This document shows, one piece after another, positions 13,566 through 27,900 of a stretch of 64,000 nt of DNA. Below the pieces are notes generated by a model. The model searched no databases and was not told the DNA's origin. It worked only from the letters and a program-made list of their open reading frames with translations. Numbering within the stretch: position 1 is the stretch's first letter; each line of letters starts with the position of its first letter. Source of the DNA: the human T2T-CHM13v2.0 reference genome, Homo sapiens. The stretch lies in assembly GCF_009914755.1 (NCBI RefSeq), contig NC_060926.1; one strand, given 5' to 3'. Made by a program: the position numbers and the translations under genes.

Positions 13566-14469
13566 TTATCAAGCGTAGTTTGAATAGTTGCCGTTTTAAA
13601 ATCCATACAACTTATGATATAGAGTAATCATCTTTTCTATACCCTCGTAAAATGTCATTCTCCTTTCTAAGCTTGAATCAGCTTCAAGAATTTCATACTT
13701 TGTGCTTCGAATATTTTGAAATACCTCTGTGCATTCATTTAATGTGAAGTGGGTTTTTCTGTTTAGTTTGCTTTTTTTTTTTCTTTTTGGCTAGCATCAG
13801 TTCTTTGGAACATCTTCATCCTTTTCATCACAACCACTTTCCTCTCTTATGTCAATAAATTTGTCTTCACTAAGTTTCACTGGCTACATATCTGGAGTCT
13901 CTCAAATGGCTGCAGTGTCAATATTCTCATGCTCAGCTATTTTTTCAGTAATCTCATTAGGTTTGACTGAAATTTTACTGCCAGCATTATCTCTTTTCAT
14001 TTATTTCATTATCTCTTTTCATCTTTCTTGGTCAATTCTATTTTTCCATGATCTTCTGAAAAATATCATAGGGTTTATCTCTGGGAGAGAGAAAGTGACA
14101 CAACTATATGCTTTGCTGTTTGTGTGTGAAAGGAATAACAAGCGTGCGTCGATCAATCACTGACAGATTTTGAATTAAGTGATGTGATTGGTCATTGATT
14201 ATGATGAGCATTTTTTTGTGTGTAGTGATTTGTGGACTAAATAGCTAGCAGTGAAGTTTTCACTTAATGAGATAACTCATTGCTAATATCCTTTGTTAAC
14301 TAAAATTTGAACTATATCTTAGGAGGACCTGGTGTCATTTAACTAAGTTGTGGTAATTAAAATCTGTTCATAATGAGACTGTTCAAAGCAAGGACTACCT
14401 GTATTGTCTGTGTGTGCATGTGACTGCACATGCATATGAGTATTTTGTGGTCATTGTTCCATGTAAATT

Positions 14470-14930
14470 CTTATATTGGTTGTAGATTGCATTCAAACCC
14501 AACAGATCCTGAGAAAGATAGTGGTTTAAATAATTACTTGTTTATTTTTCTTCATATAAAAAAAGTCCAGGGTTGCTAGTTGTCAGGTCCCATAGTCTTC
14601 ATTTCAGTTAATCATCTTAACCACGTAGCTTTGATTCTCATACATCCTCTCATGGTTTCAAGATGGCTGGTCCTTGAGAGACTAGTATTAGGCAGGAAGA
14701 AGGGGAAAGGCAAAGGGCAGAATAAACACCCAAAGATTCTGTCCCTTTAAAAAGTGCTTCCCTGGAAGATCCTCCCATTGGCTTTCATTTATATCTCAAT
14801 GAGGGAAATGTGTCACAAGACCAACCCTAGCTTCACAGCAGTCTAGCAAATGTTTAATTTTGAATCAGTTTGAAGTTATGTTAAGATAAGAAAGGTTAGA
14901 ATGGATATTGAATAACTAACCATACATACT
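14470..14930 (-). mobile_element. Old MLT1 LTR
   Basis: CATGGTTTCAAGATGGCTG...GGCAGGAAGAAGGGGAAAGG...TGTGTCACAAGACCAACCCTAGCT. Confidence 0.6.
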
Positions 14931-16429
14931 GCATTAATTACTTTGAAATTTTGCTTTATTATATCATAAGCATTTTATATAATGTTACACCCTCTTTAAA
15001 ACCATTGTCCTGGAATACTGTATAATGTTATATCAAAGGTAGTTGTTATTGATAGAATTCATTTTCATTTTGTTTCCATGTTGTGCCTCATTTGTTGTTG
15101 ATTTTTCTCTTTATCTGGAGATTTTTCTTAGTCACTAGTCAAAGGATATTAATATTTTATGATCTCAAAATGGTCAGTTGGAAGAATCATTCCTTATTAA
15201 AATTAAATTGTACAAGGGAAAAAATGTAGGAAATGCCACTCTCCAAGATTTATATCTAACTTTTCTTACTTTTCTGATTAAAATAATTTTCTTCAGGCAT
15301 TAGCATTTAAGATTTAAAATAATTATTTTATTCCAGTTTTATTTATTTTTTATTTAGGAGAACTTGGATAGTTTCATTTTGTACTATTTTTTCCTAGGGA
15401 AATAAAAATTATTTACATTTGTGATTTAATAAATGGACTAACATAAGGGCTTAATACCAATAATTATCTCTATTTTTTATGAATGTATTAGATGCTACAT
15501 CAAATAAACATTTTTTACACATAAATTTAGTGCTATGCAGTTGTCCAGGAATGGGTAAATGGAACTTTTTAAAGCAATTATACTCCCTAAATGCAAGCAA
15601 AGTGTTGCATCCTATGCTCAGCAGAAGAAATTGTGGCCTGTTCCCACAAAGAGGAAGCATTAAGCATATACACCCTATCAGGAGAGATTTGTTTAAAACA
15701 AACCATGCAGATAGACCCATATGAGTGATTTAGGTTCACTTCAGGCGTACTTTTTATGTCATTGATTTTCACGTTAATCATTGACTTTATAACCTAACTC
15801 TGTATAAGACATGACTGCACTGTAAAAATATTCTGCATTGTATACAGTCGATTTCCTTTTGAAACTTTGTTAGGAACTTCCTGTGGTATCTTACATCCTT
15901 CTCTCAGTGTGATTGCTAGCTACTTCCTGAGTGTTGATGATAGTTGAGTATAATTGCAAACTAATGAAGAGGAAAAAGCTTGAGAATCCAACATGATTGG
16001 TGATCTTGGAATCTAAGAGTGGTTTATATTTGCCCTTGAAATGTGAGCGACTTTGCTAACTATGATTTTCTTAAATTAAGATGATGCTGAATTTTAGCTT
16101 GCTGCCTGAACATTTCCCAGGAATGCACTGACAAACAAGACCCATTGACTGTGGGTGAGGGGCTAGGCGCATGCCCAACAGTTGTGGGGGATGGCAATTA
16201 AAATGCTTGGAAAATAGAGTAAATTAGATATTTATGCAGCAGTGTTTCAGATGACTCAATTGCAGAGGGAGAGCAAGTAAATCTAATAGAGAGAGAAGCT
16301 GAGGGCAGCTTTTATTTTTCTTTGCTTATAGACTTTTAAGTGTTTGTGAAGGGCATTTAGGGCATTTGAGAGTTTTCCTCATATGAACAACATGGACTGG
16401 TGATCTTCAGTAAGTATTCTTGCTTGTAA

Positions 16430-16650
16430 ATATAGCTGGGGTTTGGAGCCCTAGTACCCACATTCCAATCTTGGTCTTGGCACTTCAGTGTGTGAAGCTG
16501 GATGAATTGCAAAATTATTTTCTGCTTTAGTTTCTCTCTGTGCAAATAAAATAAAATAAAATGCCTGCCTCTTAGGGTTGTGAGGATAATACACAGAAAA
16601 TTCTTAAAAAGATGCCAGGGAGTTGAAATAACTCAGTAAATGTTGTGCTT
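16430..16650 (+). mobile_element. MIR
   Basis: CTTAGGGTTGTGAGGATAA...ACTCAGTAAATGTT. Confidence 0.6.
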
Positions 16651-19600
16651 CTTGTTATTATTATTAATTTTTATTTTACTGGGCTAAAGAACATCAAGAG
16701 TCAGTCTTCTTACTGTGGTGAGTTGTTTCTTGCCATGTCTTTTTCCCGCAATAAAAATCTTATCCTAGTATCTTACAATTTGAATAATCTACATCATAAA
16801 TAAATAATCAGCCTTTCATTCAGCATTATGTATTCATGGAATTTCAATGGCAAAGGGGATTTTCGAGAACGTCTATTCCAACCTCTTCTTTGTCACAGAA
16901 GGCCAGGAAAACTCTAGCACAGACTCCTCTGCCTTTTCCAGTGACTACTCCACATCCCATAATGCTTTGCCTGAAGCATCTCTGTTTCTCTCAACGGCTT
17001 AAAGTAGGAACATTCCTGGAAGAAAGCAGAGCATCTCTGTGGTGATTGCCATCACTATGTACTCGAGAGAATGTATTTTTTAATGTATTCTTGTCCTGGT
17101 TGTACCCCTGTTTCTTTTCTTGCTGTCGTCTTTAACATATATCAAAAGCAGTTTAAAAGCAAGAAAGTGCAAATGTCCCTGTTGTAAGAAGTAAATCTCA
17201 GCCATTTTCTCTGATCAAACCCTGAAAAGCTGCCCCTGGAGAAAGCCAGATAAAATAAGGGCTACAGAGACCTTCCATGGACAAGTGCAATAACTCATTT
17301 TTGTGCATTTGGATTGTGAGGCTTTACTATGCAGTTCTGCAGATACAAGCCAAAGCAGTTGTGTGATTAGATTTTTAATCCCATTAACTCTAATTGCTTC
17401 TCAGAAGCCGTGTACTTACAGTATGTGTCTGATGTTAGAAATGCAGGGGGAAGGAAAAGCTATGAAGTGTTTCCCTCATTCTGGATGGGAAACCAAAAAG
17501 CAAAGAAAACAGTATATAGGCAACCATTATGAAGGAATCCTGGCAGACTTTATTAAAGGCTACATTTATGATGATTACATATTCTTTTGAATATAGAAAT
17601 TCTTCTGACCACTCTGAAATCTCAGCATAGCAGGGTTTATTTTCCTCTTGTTCATTCTTTGGAGTTAGACTTTAATACCCTCATTGTACTTTTGAGAGTT
17701 TGACCACAAATTATTGCACTGAAGAAAACGAGTTTCAGAGGTTAAACATCTTCTATTTGAGAGGATACAATCACAGTGACTGTCTTTGTGATTCCAAACC
17801 AGGTCTATTAAACACAAAGCTGACCTAGTGGAACTGATCAGCACAATCACTTTAAGGAAATGGAGATGAATGGTAGCTGAGGTTTTGGAAAATAGGAAAG
17901 CATAATTGAGTAAATTAAAAATAATGTTAAATCACAATTATAATAGCACTTCATCTATTCTTACCCTGCCAGTTTCTTGTCACATGGGCTGTAATTTAAG
18001 AATATTTCACCGTAGCTAAACTTACTATTTTAAAAATGATGTTATTAACAATAAACTCCATTTTGTTCTGCAGAATATATATTCATTGTGAACACACTGG
18101 GCTAAAACTGAGGTTGCTTTTTAACCAAGAATATCACAACCTTGGAGGATTGAAAACTTGGTGGAGAGGGGATATGTTAGTTGAATGATGAAGGAAAATA
18201 AAAAAATAAGTGGAAAAGAAAATGCCATTAACAATATCCTTCCTGTTGAAAGCCCAAAGAGTAAGTAGCAGAACAATTAAAAGAGACAGAGAGAAGAGAG
18301 AAAAGGTCAAATATTTGTTAGAACAGTTGTACTTATAAAAAGGGCATGTGACTGTTTCAAAAATAAGAAATGAGTCTCCCACCAGGATCAGGTTTGATCT
18401 CCTTTTTGCAACCCTCTGCTTTGGTGATCATATTACTGAATGTTTTCAGAAATGCAAAGACTCTTGGAAAGGAATGAGCTGCCTTAGTTTTTCGTCTCTA
18501 CACCACTCTTGAAAGGACAAATTTTTCAGGAGTTCACTTCAATTATCTAAATTATCCCCGATTTTAAAGCAATGTGTATTATAAGGGGTAAACTTAGTAT
18601 GGGATCATAGCATACTTTGGTAGGTTGTTCACAGCTATAAGCCAGAAAATTTGGATCAATACCATTTATCTCAATGGAAGTAAACATGAGCATAATGAAT
18701 ATTTGCAAAATACTTGATAATGAAAGTCAGCTCAGGAACTCTTTATAAGGATTTTATTAAAGAGACTAGAATTGGGCTTATTCCAGGCCTCCTACTTTGA
18801 AGCACTTATTGGCACCTTGTAACCATCCTGACCTTTTACTTGTCCAGGCGTGTATTAAACTCATTGGCAGTACACTGGCTTGTGCCCTTTGAGGCACATT
18901 ATTGCCATTAGAGAGCTCAGTTTAAGTATCATCATTGCATCAGATTGCTGTACTTGCTTAATTAGCATAACATGAATATGAAGAGTATTGTTAATGTAAA
19001 TTGCCACTCCACAGCCCCCCTCTCTGGGCTCTGGGCTGTATACCACAGATTTACTGGCAAACTTGCAGCTAGGAGAATTTTTTGCAGAGAGCAGAATTAC
19101 CCCTCACTTCTGGGTGAAGAGAGCACAGCCATTAACAAGGATGATTGAATCGTTTTGTATTGTCTTTTAGAGTTTTTTCTTCCCTTGGACAGAAAGTGAC
19201 CTGTCCAGCATCAAAAGAGCTATGACAGAGAATATTTAAGCATGCCTCACCTAAATTCAGCAGAATGTCATCAAATTGAAGCCTCAGAACATTTCTTGGA
19301 GATTTCAGAATTGATGTTCAGTACATTTCAGGGCCATGAGGTTGCTTTAAATTGTTCTTAATGCTGAATTTGTATTATAAGTTACTTTTAAAAAAGTAAA
19401 AAAAGAATAACTTCAAATCTGACAGCTGAATTAGCCTTCAAACAGCTAATATATTTGTTTACTTACTTTGTATTCTATTTGCAATATAAGGAAATGAAAT
19501 GGAAAGTGCTATGTGTGACAATAGTTATAACAATAATCTTGATCAAATATGTCTCCTTTTGCCTTATTTTGTCAGGAATAGATATGAGAAATTTACTGTC

Positions 19601-20871
19601 TAAAAAATACAGGGCTGAAAAAGGACAGTGTGTCTGCCTAGAAATTTCTCTGTCTACAGATTGACCAGATTTTTAATCCCTATCAACTTAAAATTATATT
19701 TTTTACCTTCCTCGCATGGAGTGGAATTCTAATTTACCTGAAATGTGTAAAATATATACTTTCAACTTTACTTTTTTTTTGGATTTGTTAACAAATGTAA
19801 ATGTGGTTATGGAACACATTAAAATCCATGTAATAAGCTACTTTGAAAATATTGAATATTTGTCTTTTAAAAAAGCTAAGGATGAATTAAGCATACCTCT
19901 GGGAATTAAGGAAAATTCAGTAAAATAGAAGAATTGTGTTATGTACCTGAATGAAGATCGGAAGGTGAAAAAGAGACAATGAGTGGCCATAAAAGTTCAA
20001 GGGAGGAAGAGATATTTTGTTGGTCCATTTCTCAATGAAGATGGTATTATTAATAGCATCATGGGCAACATAATACTATGTTTAGAATCCTGGGCACCTG
20101 GCCACCCACAATCTTGTAACAGCTTAAAAAGTAAAAATATCCACACATATCCAAAGGTCATCTAAACAGTCTTTGCTGATAATCAACTATTTCTTTGGAA
20201 TAGTCAGATCTTGAGCTATGCCTGTAAGACTAATGTTCTGAGTATGCAAGAGATAAAAACTCCATCTAAGTCTAGGAAACTGTATAAGCAGAACCACAAA
20301 AACCGTGCATATGATGCAGTGAATGGCCCATACAGCAGCTTACAGGGGGGTAATATTGTATTGTCATTGGATACACTAAAGACAAATTTACATCAAGATT
20401 GATTTGTTTATAGGGACTCTAAATTATCTGGAGAGGCAGAAAAAATGCCTCATACATCTATAACAGCAAATTATTAAAGCAATTTATTGCAAGCATATAT
20501 TCACATTTATTTCAGACTTGCTTCATAAGCAAAAAAGAAAAAGTAGGAAAAAGCAACTCAAAAAGTTTTTGGAAGAGATAAAGAAATAAATGATACAACA
20601 AAATAATGCCTTGTTGAAGTTTATTAATTTGTCATGGAGATAATCCAATGTCAGTAATGGCAGGAGGGTAATTCTGATTTTCCAAATAGAGGTTCTTAAT
20701 CTCATTAAATTCCATTAAAAATTGCTCAAGCATTTTATCAGGAATATTAGTTACTTTCTAGAAAAGGTTGTAAATTACAATATCCTCTGCCCCCAAATTT
20801 CTGTACCAGAACAGATTTAAACCAGTTTTTTTCTTACATTTTAGTGCCCTAATAAAATGCCAACCATTGTA

Positions 20872-21150
20872 AGACAGAAGGAATAAGTTTTAGTGTTCTG
20901 TAGCACTGTGGGATGACTATGGTTAACAATAATATATAGTTTCAAATAGCTAGGAGGAGGATATTGAATGTTCCCAACACAAAAAATGATAAATGTCTGA
21001 GATTACAAATATACTAATTACCTTGATCTGATCACTATTCATTATATATATTGAAATATTGCAATGCATCTCATGAATATGTACAACTTTGTCAATTAAA
21101 AATTATTAAAACAATTTATAAATTCTAAAAAATAAAAATAAAAAAACAAA
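20872..21150 (+). mobile_element. L1MA-type 3' end
   Basis: GAAGGAATAAGTTTTAGTGTTCTGTAGCACTG...TGTTCCCAACACAAAAAATGATAAATG plus A-rich tail. Confidence 0.85.
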
Positions 21151-21249
21151 AATCATCAATAAAATTTGTTGAGTAATTTATAAACAATATAGCTCCAAAA
21201 TAGCAGTGGATACATATATGACTATTTATATATTTATTTAGCAGTCCTT

Positions 21250-22080
21250 TTATTCATCCTCTCATTTATTCATTCATTCATTCGTTCATTCATTCATTCA
21301 TTCTAGCTGTTGGAGATTCAGAGATGACAAGTCGACCATTCTCAGAGTTACACGTTCAGAGAAAGGTGGACTAAAACAAGTAAATAACTAGGGTAATTTC
21401 AGATAGCAACAAGTGTTAATGAAGGCAATAAATGAAAGTGTAAATGAAGAATAAAAATGTGGAGGAGGAGAGACTCTTTCGTAAGGAATGGTCAGTCATG
21501 TTATATCTAAGAAAAGATATTTGAGCAGAGGTTGCAATGTCACCAATGTACAGATTTTAGGTAAGAGAAATCCACATACAGGGATTAGAGGGATAAGTTA
21601 TGGCAAAGACACAAAGGCAGATGTGAGATGGATTCAGGAACCTCTCAGAAAGAAGACCAGCATAGCTGAAGCAGAGCAAAGAAGAGCACTCATAGCATGG
21701 GAATGAAGTCAGAGAGGTAAGCAGGAGTGACAACATGTAACATCTTGAAATTTACTGTAAGAATTTGTTATATTATTTTTAAATCGATGGAAAGCCATTG
21801 AGGGCTTTTAAGTAGAGGAAGTTTGTGATGATTCTGGCTACCTTGGGAAAATAGAAGCATCAGACAGTGTTCGGAGATAATTACAACTGTCCAGGTGAAG
21901 ACATGGTGTGTTCTAAAGTTAAAGGAGGAAGAGCAGAAACAGGTGGTGGGAGACAGGATATATTGTTAGAGTAGATCTTAAAGGACTTGGGGATGAAGTG
22001 AATGTGGGAATTAAAAGAGGGAAAGTAAAAAATGATTCTGAGGACAATAAGTAGGTTAGGGTAGGAATAGTCATTGAACT
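21250..22080 (-). mobile_element. L2 3' fragment with (TTCA)n tail
   Basis: (ATTC)n at 21268-21302, then GGAAAGCCATTGAGGGCTTTTAAGTAG and other purine-rich L2 motifs. Confidence 0.75.
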
Positions 22081-23516
22081 GGACATTGTAATTTGATTCT
22101 ATAGATACATTGATTATGAGTATATGGATAAAATTAATTGGGACTTGAATTTTCATTCCAGCAGCTGGTTCAGATTGACATCATTTAAAATTATATTGAT
22201 AATACTTTCAAATATTTAATTGTATTAATCATATTGTCATTGCTTTAATGTATAGGCAAATTGTGTTTTCTCATAATGCAGGAGGATGTTACAATCAGTA
22301 AAAGGTAAGAGGTTGAAAATCTGTTTGTCATAAGATTAGGGTCATCTAGCTCTATATTTTTTTAAGAAATGTCAGTGCTGTAAGCTTAAATATGAATATC
22401 TGATATTAATACTATCACCTTAAAATATTTTTAGTTTCATTACCGCAAATAGGAGGCTGTAAATGATTTTGGACAAGGAGTGAAACTTGCTTATCTACCA
22501 AAATGCATTGACAAGTCAGTTGAGAATAAGTTGCTCTTGATCCTCCTTTTATCATCCTTCCACCTGCAGCTCTGGGACTACCAGCCTAATACACATATGT
22601 CCATCTTCATAAACCAACTGGGCAATGTGAATCTTTGGTTACCTCGAATTTTGTTGTATTTGTATATAAATTTAGCCTCCATATACATTTCAGAAGTGTT
22701 GGAAACTGAACAATATTTTTAAGTAATTTAAGTTTATCTTAGGCAGCCTTCACGGTCCCACTCAATATACCTCTTTTTTCTTCTAGTTGCCCTTTCTGAT
22801 CTACAGCTTGCCTACCTAAATCATTTAGGATAGCCTCAGTTTGTGCTTGTAACCCAAAGGTTTGTTTTTCTGTTTGTCCTCATACTATATATTCATCACA
22901 GGTCAGCTTAGAGGCTCTGCTGATCATCGTCTTTAAGAGACATGGTATGTCAGAGGCATAAGCACTTTGAACATCATCAGTTGCCCACCACAGGGAGAAA
23001 GCAAGAGGGAGACTACTATATAAGCAATTAATTAAGTGCTGCAATGCAAAAGTGATGCATGTCACTTAACTTGCAATTCAGTGAACAAATTAGTCATGTG
23101 GCCCAATAATAAGGGGCAGTTCTAATATGTGATTAGAACATGAAGAGTCAGTAATATTTGAGGAATCACTAACACACCTTCTGACCTGACTTACCAGTGT
23201 CACTATTCTCTACCAGAACTCAGCTCCCAACATTATTCAGGGCTGGATTTCTATTGTCCTGACTCTTAGCAAGTCCTTTGAATCAGTCCTTACTTTCTAG
23301 TGTGACGTTTTCCTCCAGTATGCACTTACATTTTAGAAGGAAATGCTTAAAGAACAAAAATATCTCAATGACTGTGGAATTCAGTCCCACATGTACTAAA
23401 TATTTATAGGTGATCATGAATGAGCCTGGAAGGACAGAGAATATGACAGAGTCACCTTTTTAGAGACTTAATAACAGATACTCAATTGTCTTCTTATACA
23501 GAGGTAGTTTTCTAAA

Positions 23517-23841
23517 TTTGTTTTTTTGTGTTTGTTGTTTGTTTGTTTATTTGTTTTGAGACAGGGTCTCTCTCTCTTGCTGAGGCTGGAGTGCAATGGC
23601 TTAATCATGGCTCACTGCAGCCTTGACCATCTAGACTCAAGCAATCCTTCCACCTCAGCTTCCCAAGTAGCTGGGAACACAAGCATGCACCACTATGCCA
23701 GGCTAATCTTTTATTATTTATAGAGACAAAGTCTCCCTATCTTGCTAAGGTTGGTCTGAAACTCCTGGGCTCAAGCCATCCACCCACCTTGCTGGCCTCC
23801 CAAAGTGCTGGGATTATAGATGTGAGACACCATGCCTGGCC
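23517..23841 (-). mobile_element. AluJ
   Basis: GAGACAGGGTCTC...ATCATGGCTCACTGCAGCC. TSD TCTAAATTTG / TCTAAGTTTG. Confidence 0.93.
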
Positions 23842-24809
23842 TCTAAGTTTGATTTCTTTTTTTTTTACTCAGAAGTCTCTTTTTATCAAATTAAAAGTTG
23901 TAAACTGTTACATAAAATAGATAAAATAAAAATTTATTTGCACATGTTTATTTTTAAAGTACAAATAAATAAATTGTGTTTATCTATTAATAACTTGAGT
24001 CAATGACACTTTGAGGCTTTTAAATAAAATCCCATATTTTCTTACAGCTGTAATTTTATATAAACCTCCATAAAAATGTCTACACTTTAAGTGAAAAATA
24101 AAAACAAAAATTTAGGCTGAATTCTTGATTCAGGCTAAATAGTTGTCAATATTAACACTTTTTTAAAAACTTAATTTGCATTCTCAATATATTTTTCACG
24201 TAATAATTTGATCTAGAAAACTTGAAAAATTTCTTAAATTACTTATTTGAAAACCAAATCACTAATGATAATTAATTTCTGTTCATATAACTTATAAATA
24301 CAAATAGCCAACCAGATATACCTAAATTTGAAAATGTGAGCTAAAATTTTTTTACATATATCTATATTTGTCTCATGTTTTTATCGTTTATGTTTATATA
24401 TATTTGTTTTATATGTTTTAGTATACATATTTGTTTTATATGTTTATATAGACAGCAAAAGTTGTGATGCTCCTCAGGGACCTCTGCCAAAGATACATAA
24501 ATATCCTTTTTACTTTACTTTCCTTCTCCCACCTCACTTTTGCTACTTCTATATTTTTTATTCTCCTCCATCTTCTAGTTCCACTCTACTTTTAGCCAAT
24601 CTCTTAAGAGGGCCATTGTTTTTTATTTGCTCCATCTAATTCTATTGCTATAAAGAGACAAATGTGGACCTTTGAATCATGACATGGATAATAGAAGAAA
24701 GCAAAAGCTCTCCTAGTGTTCTGATGGCAGGGTAAATTACAGATAATCAGATCATTTGCAAAACAAAAGTCAAACTACAGCTTGCATAGAGTCTAAGTGG
24801 CATATATCT

Positions 24810-24972
24810 TAGCACCTTGCTATTCAAAATGTAGTGCTTGGACAAGCAACATCAACATCACTTAGAACCCTGTTGGAATTTCAGGCTCATTTAAGATCTA
24901 CTGAACCTGATTTTGCTTTTGGAACAACATCCTCAGGAGATTTGTAGGCACCCCATATTTGAGAAGCACTGC
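24810..24972. mobile_element. MER5A-like hAT-Charlie MITE
   Basis: GCAACATCAACATCACTT...CTACTGAA...TTTGAGAAGCACTG. Confidence 0.7.
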
Positions 24973-27900
24973 ATCTAGTCTGTGTATTACTGTGCATATG
25001 TATTCTTCCTTCCTGCTTTGAGTTCTATGACAAAATGTCATTCTCCATTGGCTTACCCTTCATAGTTGTCAGAATCCTGATAATGAGAGTAGTGGGAAGA
25101 AAAAACAAACTCATTTTACCACCATAGTAAAGAAAACACTACAAATAAATAAAATAAAACGTTTGCTGAATCCCTATAGCAAGTTTTAGAAGAAGATAGA
25201 CTCACTGTTAAAAGTCAAAATATCCCTAGGTGAAGGAAAAACCCATTGCTTTCAAGAGATTTGAAGTCTTCTCCTTCTCAAGCTCCTTGGGAAGCTAAAT
25301 TTCCTAAAATTATATTAAATAACTTTAAAGCAATCTTATTGAGCCACTTACTCCATGGAAGCTCGCAAGGCACAAATGACATTGCTAAACCATATGTAAA
25401 TAGATATTGATTCTGTTTGTCAGCACAAAGTTGTCTTGGGTCCTCTGGAGAAGTACTGGAGCAATACTTTTACCATTTTCTCTAGGATGTTGGGCACTAC
25501 ATGATCAGAAAGCTGATGTAAAGAAATGTATGGCAAAGCGAGACCTACCTAATCTATGCAAAGAGGACAGAGGTCTTATGCTCCACATAACCTTGTATAA
25601 ATATGTGATTTTCTACCTATAACCACATTACATAAACTTACCAGGAGATTGACTATAATCAGTAAAACATTGAATGTCAGTAGTTTTACTATTTCAATCA
25701 TGGCCCATCTAACTATATAACATGGAGTGGAAAGAAATTTTATTTACATTATTCTAAAGATGACAGTGATTATTCTAGTTCCCCACCTTTGCTACTTTTA
25801 ATTTTTTTGATTTTCCTCCATCTTATAATTCCACTCTACATTTAGCCAATCTCTTAAGAGGGCTATACTGGTGAAATCCTTGTTCAATCATAAGCCATAA
25901 AACTTCTATATAAACAAGTTTATGTTTTAAGAAAATCTGACAGAAATAAGGGTAATCTGATGATTGGGCACTGCAGATTTCTTTAAAAGAATATATTTAG
26001 CTACAGTTGCACGTGTTAGATGAATTTCTAGAATTTCAAGAAGTTTATGCTAGCTAAACATATAGAAGAAGGTATCAGCCATTAGAATTGTATGAAGATG
26101 GAATGAGCTTCTTAGAAGCTAATGAGTTCTTCAACAACAAAGGAATTCCAAAGAGGTTCAGTGATGACATGGAGGGCATGATAGAAGGGCCCACATCATG
26201 AGGAGGTCTTTCCAGTTCTGAATCTTTTACATTCCAAGTTTCTAAAATTGCTTACGTAGAATTGGTGTTCTTTTATCTATACAAAAAGGCACTTACTGAA
26301 TAATGTCTGATCATGAAAAATTTAAATATCATCAGTATTTTCTGAAAACCCATACGGAGAACAGAAACAGAATCTGTCCTTTAAAAATTTAAAATACAGA
26401 AACAGTAAATGGATTTATGAAGAACTAAAGAATTCGACATTCCCTGATGCTCTCCATGTGACAGATTTCTCAACCACTTTGTGCCTTCAAATCCCTGATG
26501 CTTCATTTGCCATAGAATCTTAGGCCATTAAAGCTGGAAGGAAACTTACTGCTTATTTGTTGCAAAGTCTTTTTACATATGAGGAAATATCCAGAACCTG
26601 CTCCATTTTGGCACAATGTTCTTTTATATTAGATCTTCTCTGTTTTCAAGAGTATGTATAAATCATGCTAAATCATTAACCTTTAAAGGTAAAAAATTTG
26701 ATTTTTTTTTCTATTTTTTAACAGAAGCTAGTACAATAGCATGTACGAATATAAGTCTTGACTGACAGAAACAAAACACAATGATGCTATAACAATAACA
26801 TTTACAAGAGATAAATGGTTCTAAATGATAGGACAATAATATCTGCCAAAGGCGGTTTGTATCTCTCTTGTATACCATGTTCTTATTTCCAAAGGAGCTT
26901 AAATAATAAATAAGTTTACTTCTTCACAAAACAGAAAAGCCTGAGGCCAATGTTTGTGTCAAGAAGAGTTTTATCAAGGCTCTGGACCCTCTTCCCCGCA
27001 AATCCCACAGCTCTACCTTGCTCCGTGTAGTCACTTTCTCCTCATGGGAAAATATTGCTTTCCAGAAGTTTCTAAATCTACGTGTTTCTTCATTCACATC
27101 CAGGGAGTGAAAAAAATATTGAATATAAGTCTTGAACAGCATTCTGAAGAGAACTAATGAAGTCTATGCCAACTTCCAAAACAGTCACAGTGGTAAGAGG
27201 ATGAGGTCAATTCTACCTAACCTCAAGACTATGACACTTTGAATAGATGTTCAAAGGATCAGGAGACAGCAACAATGTTTACTATACAAAGTGAATTTAT
27301 TCACGTCTAGTCAATATTCACCAGTTAATGAAGTTCCAGATTTCCATATATGAAAGTAGTATATAAGAGCTGCAGCCTTTAAATTTGATAAATAACTACT
27401 TATTAATATGAAACATGATAATCTATTAAAATAATTCCAAAATCCTGCTGGGTTTTTTAATATCTTCTGCAGTATGAGTGAGAATAAACGATATTACAAT
27501 AAAAAAAAAACTCCCTTTCAATCATTGTTCCTTTAAAAGTGGTTAGAATTTTAAGGCTTCATATATGACTTTTCTAAAAATATTTTAAAGCATCCCAACT
27601 GGGAAAGCAATTTCATGCTTGCTTTTTAGAGGATCTATTCAAAGAACTCATTAAAACCATTCATTTAAATAATCTCGTGTATGTTCATTATGCCCTTTCC
27701 TTTGGGAGGAAAAAAAAAAAAGTATAAACTGATGCCAGAAAGCAAATGAAGGGAACAAATGTTAAATGCAAAAGGTTAGTCCTTCATTAAAATTGTTTGA
27801 ATAAGCAGCAACTCCCCCTGTATCCTTAAAACCTCTTCTAAGAAACATTTGTACACATTTAGGACAGCAACTTAAAAGCAGAGCAAACTAAAATTAAAAA

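Larger units (their letters stand above)
12065..14403 (-). mobile_element. TcMar-Tigger DNA transposon relic, interrupted by two L1 fragments
   Basis: Ends GGACTACCTG-TA (CAG-type TIR plus TA). Internal GTGATTGGTCATTGATTATGATG and GCTAGCAGTGAAGTT match Tigger-type sequence as recalled. Left boundary and subfamily uncertain. Confidence 0.65.
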
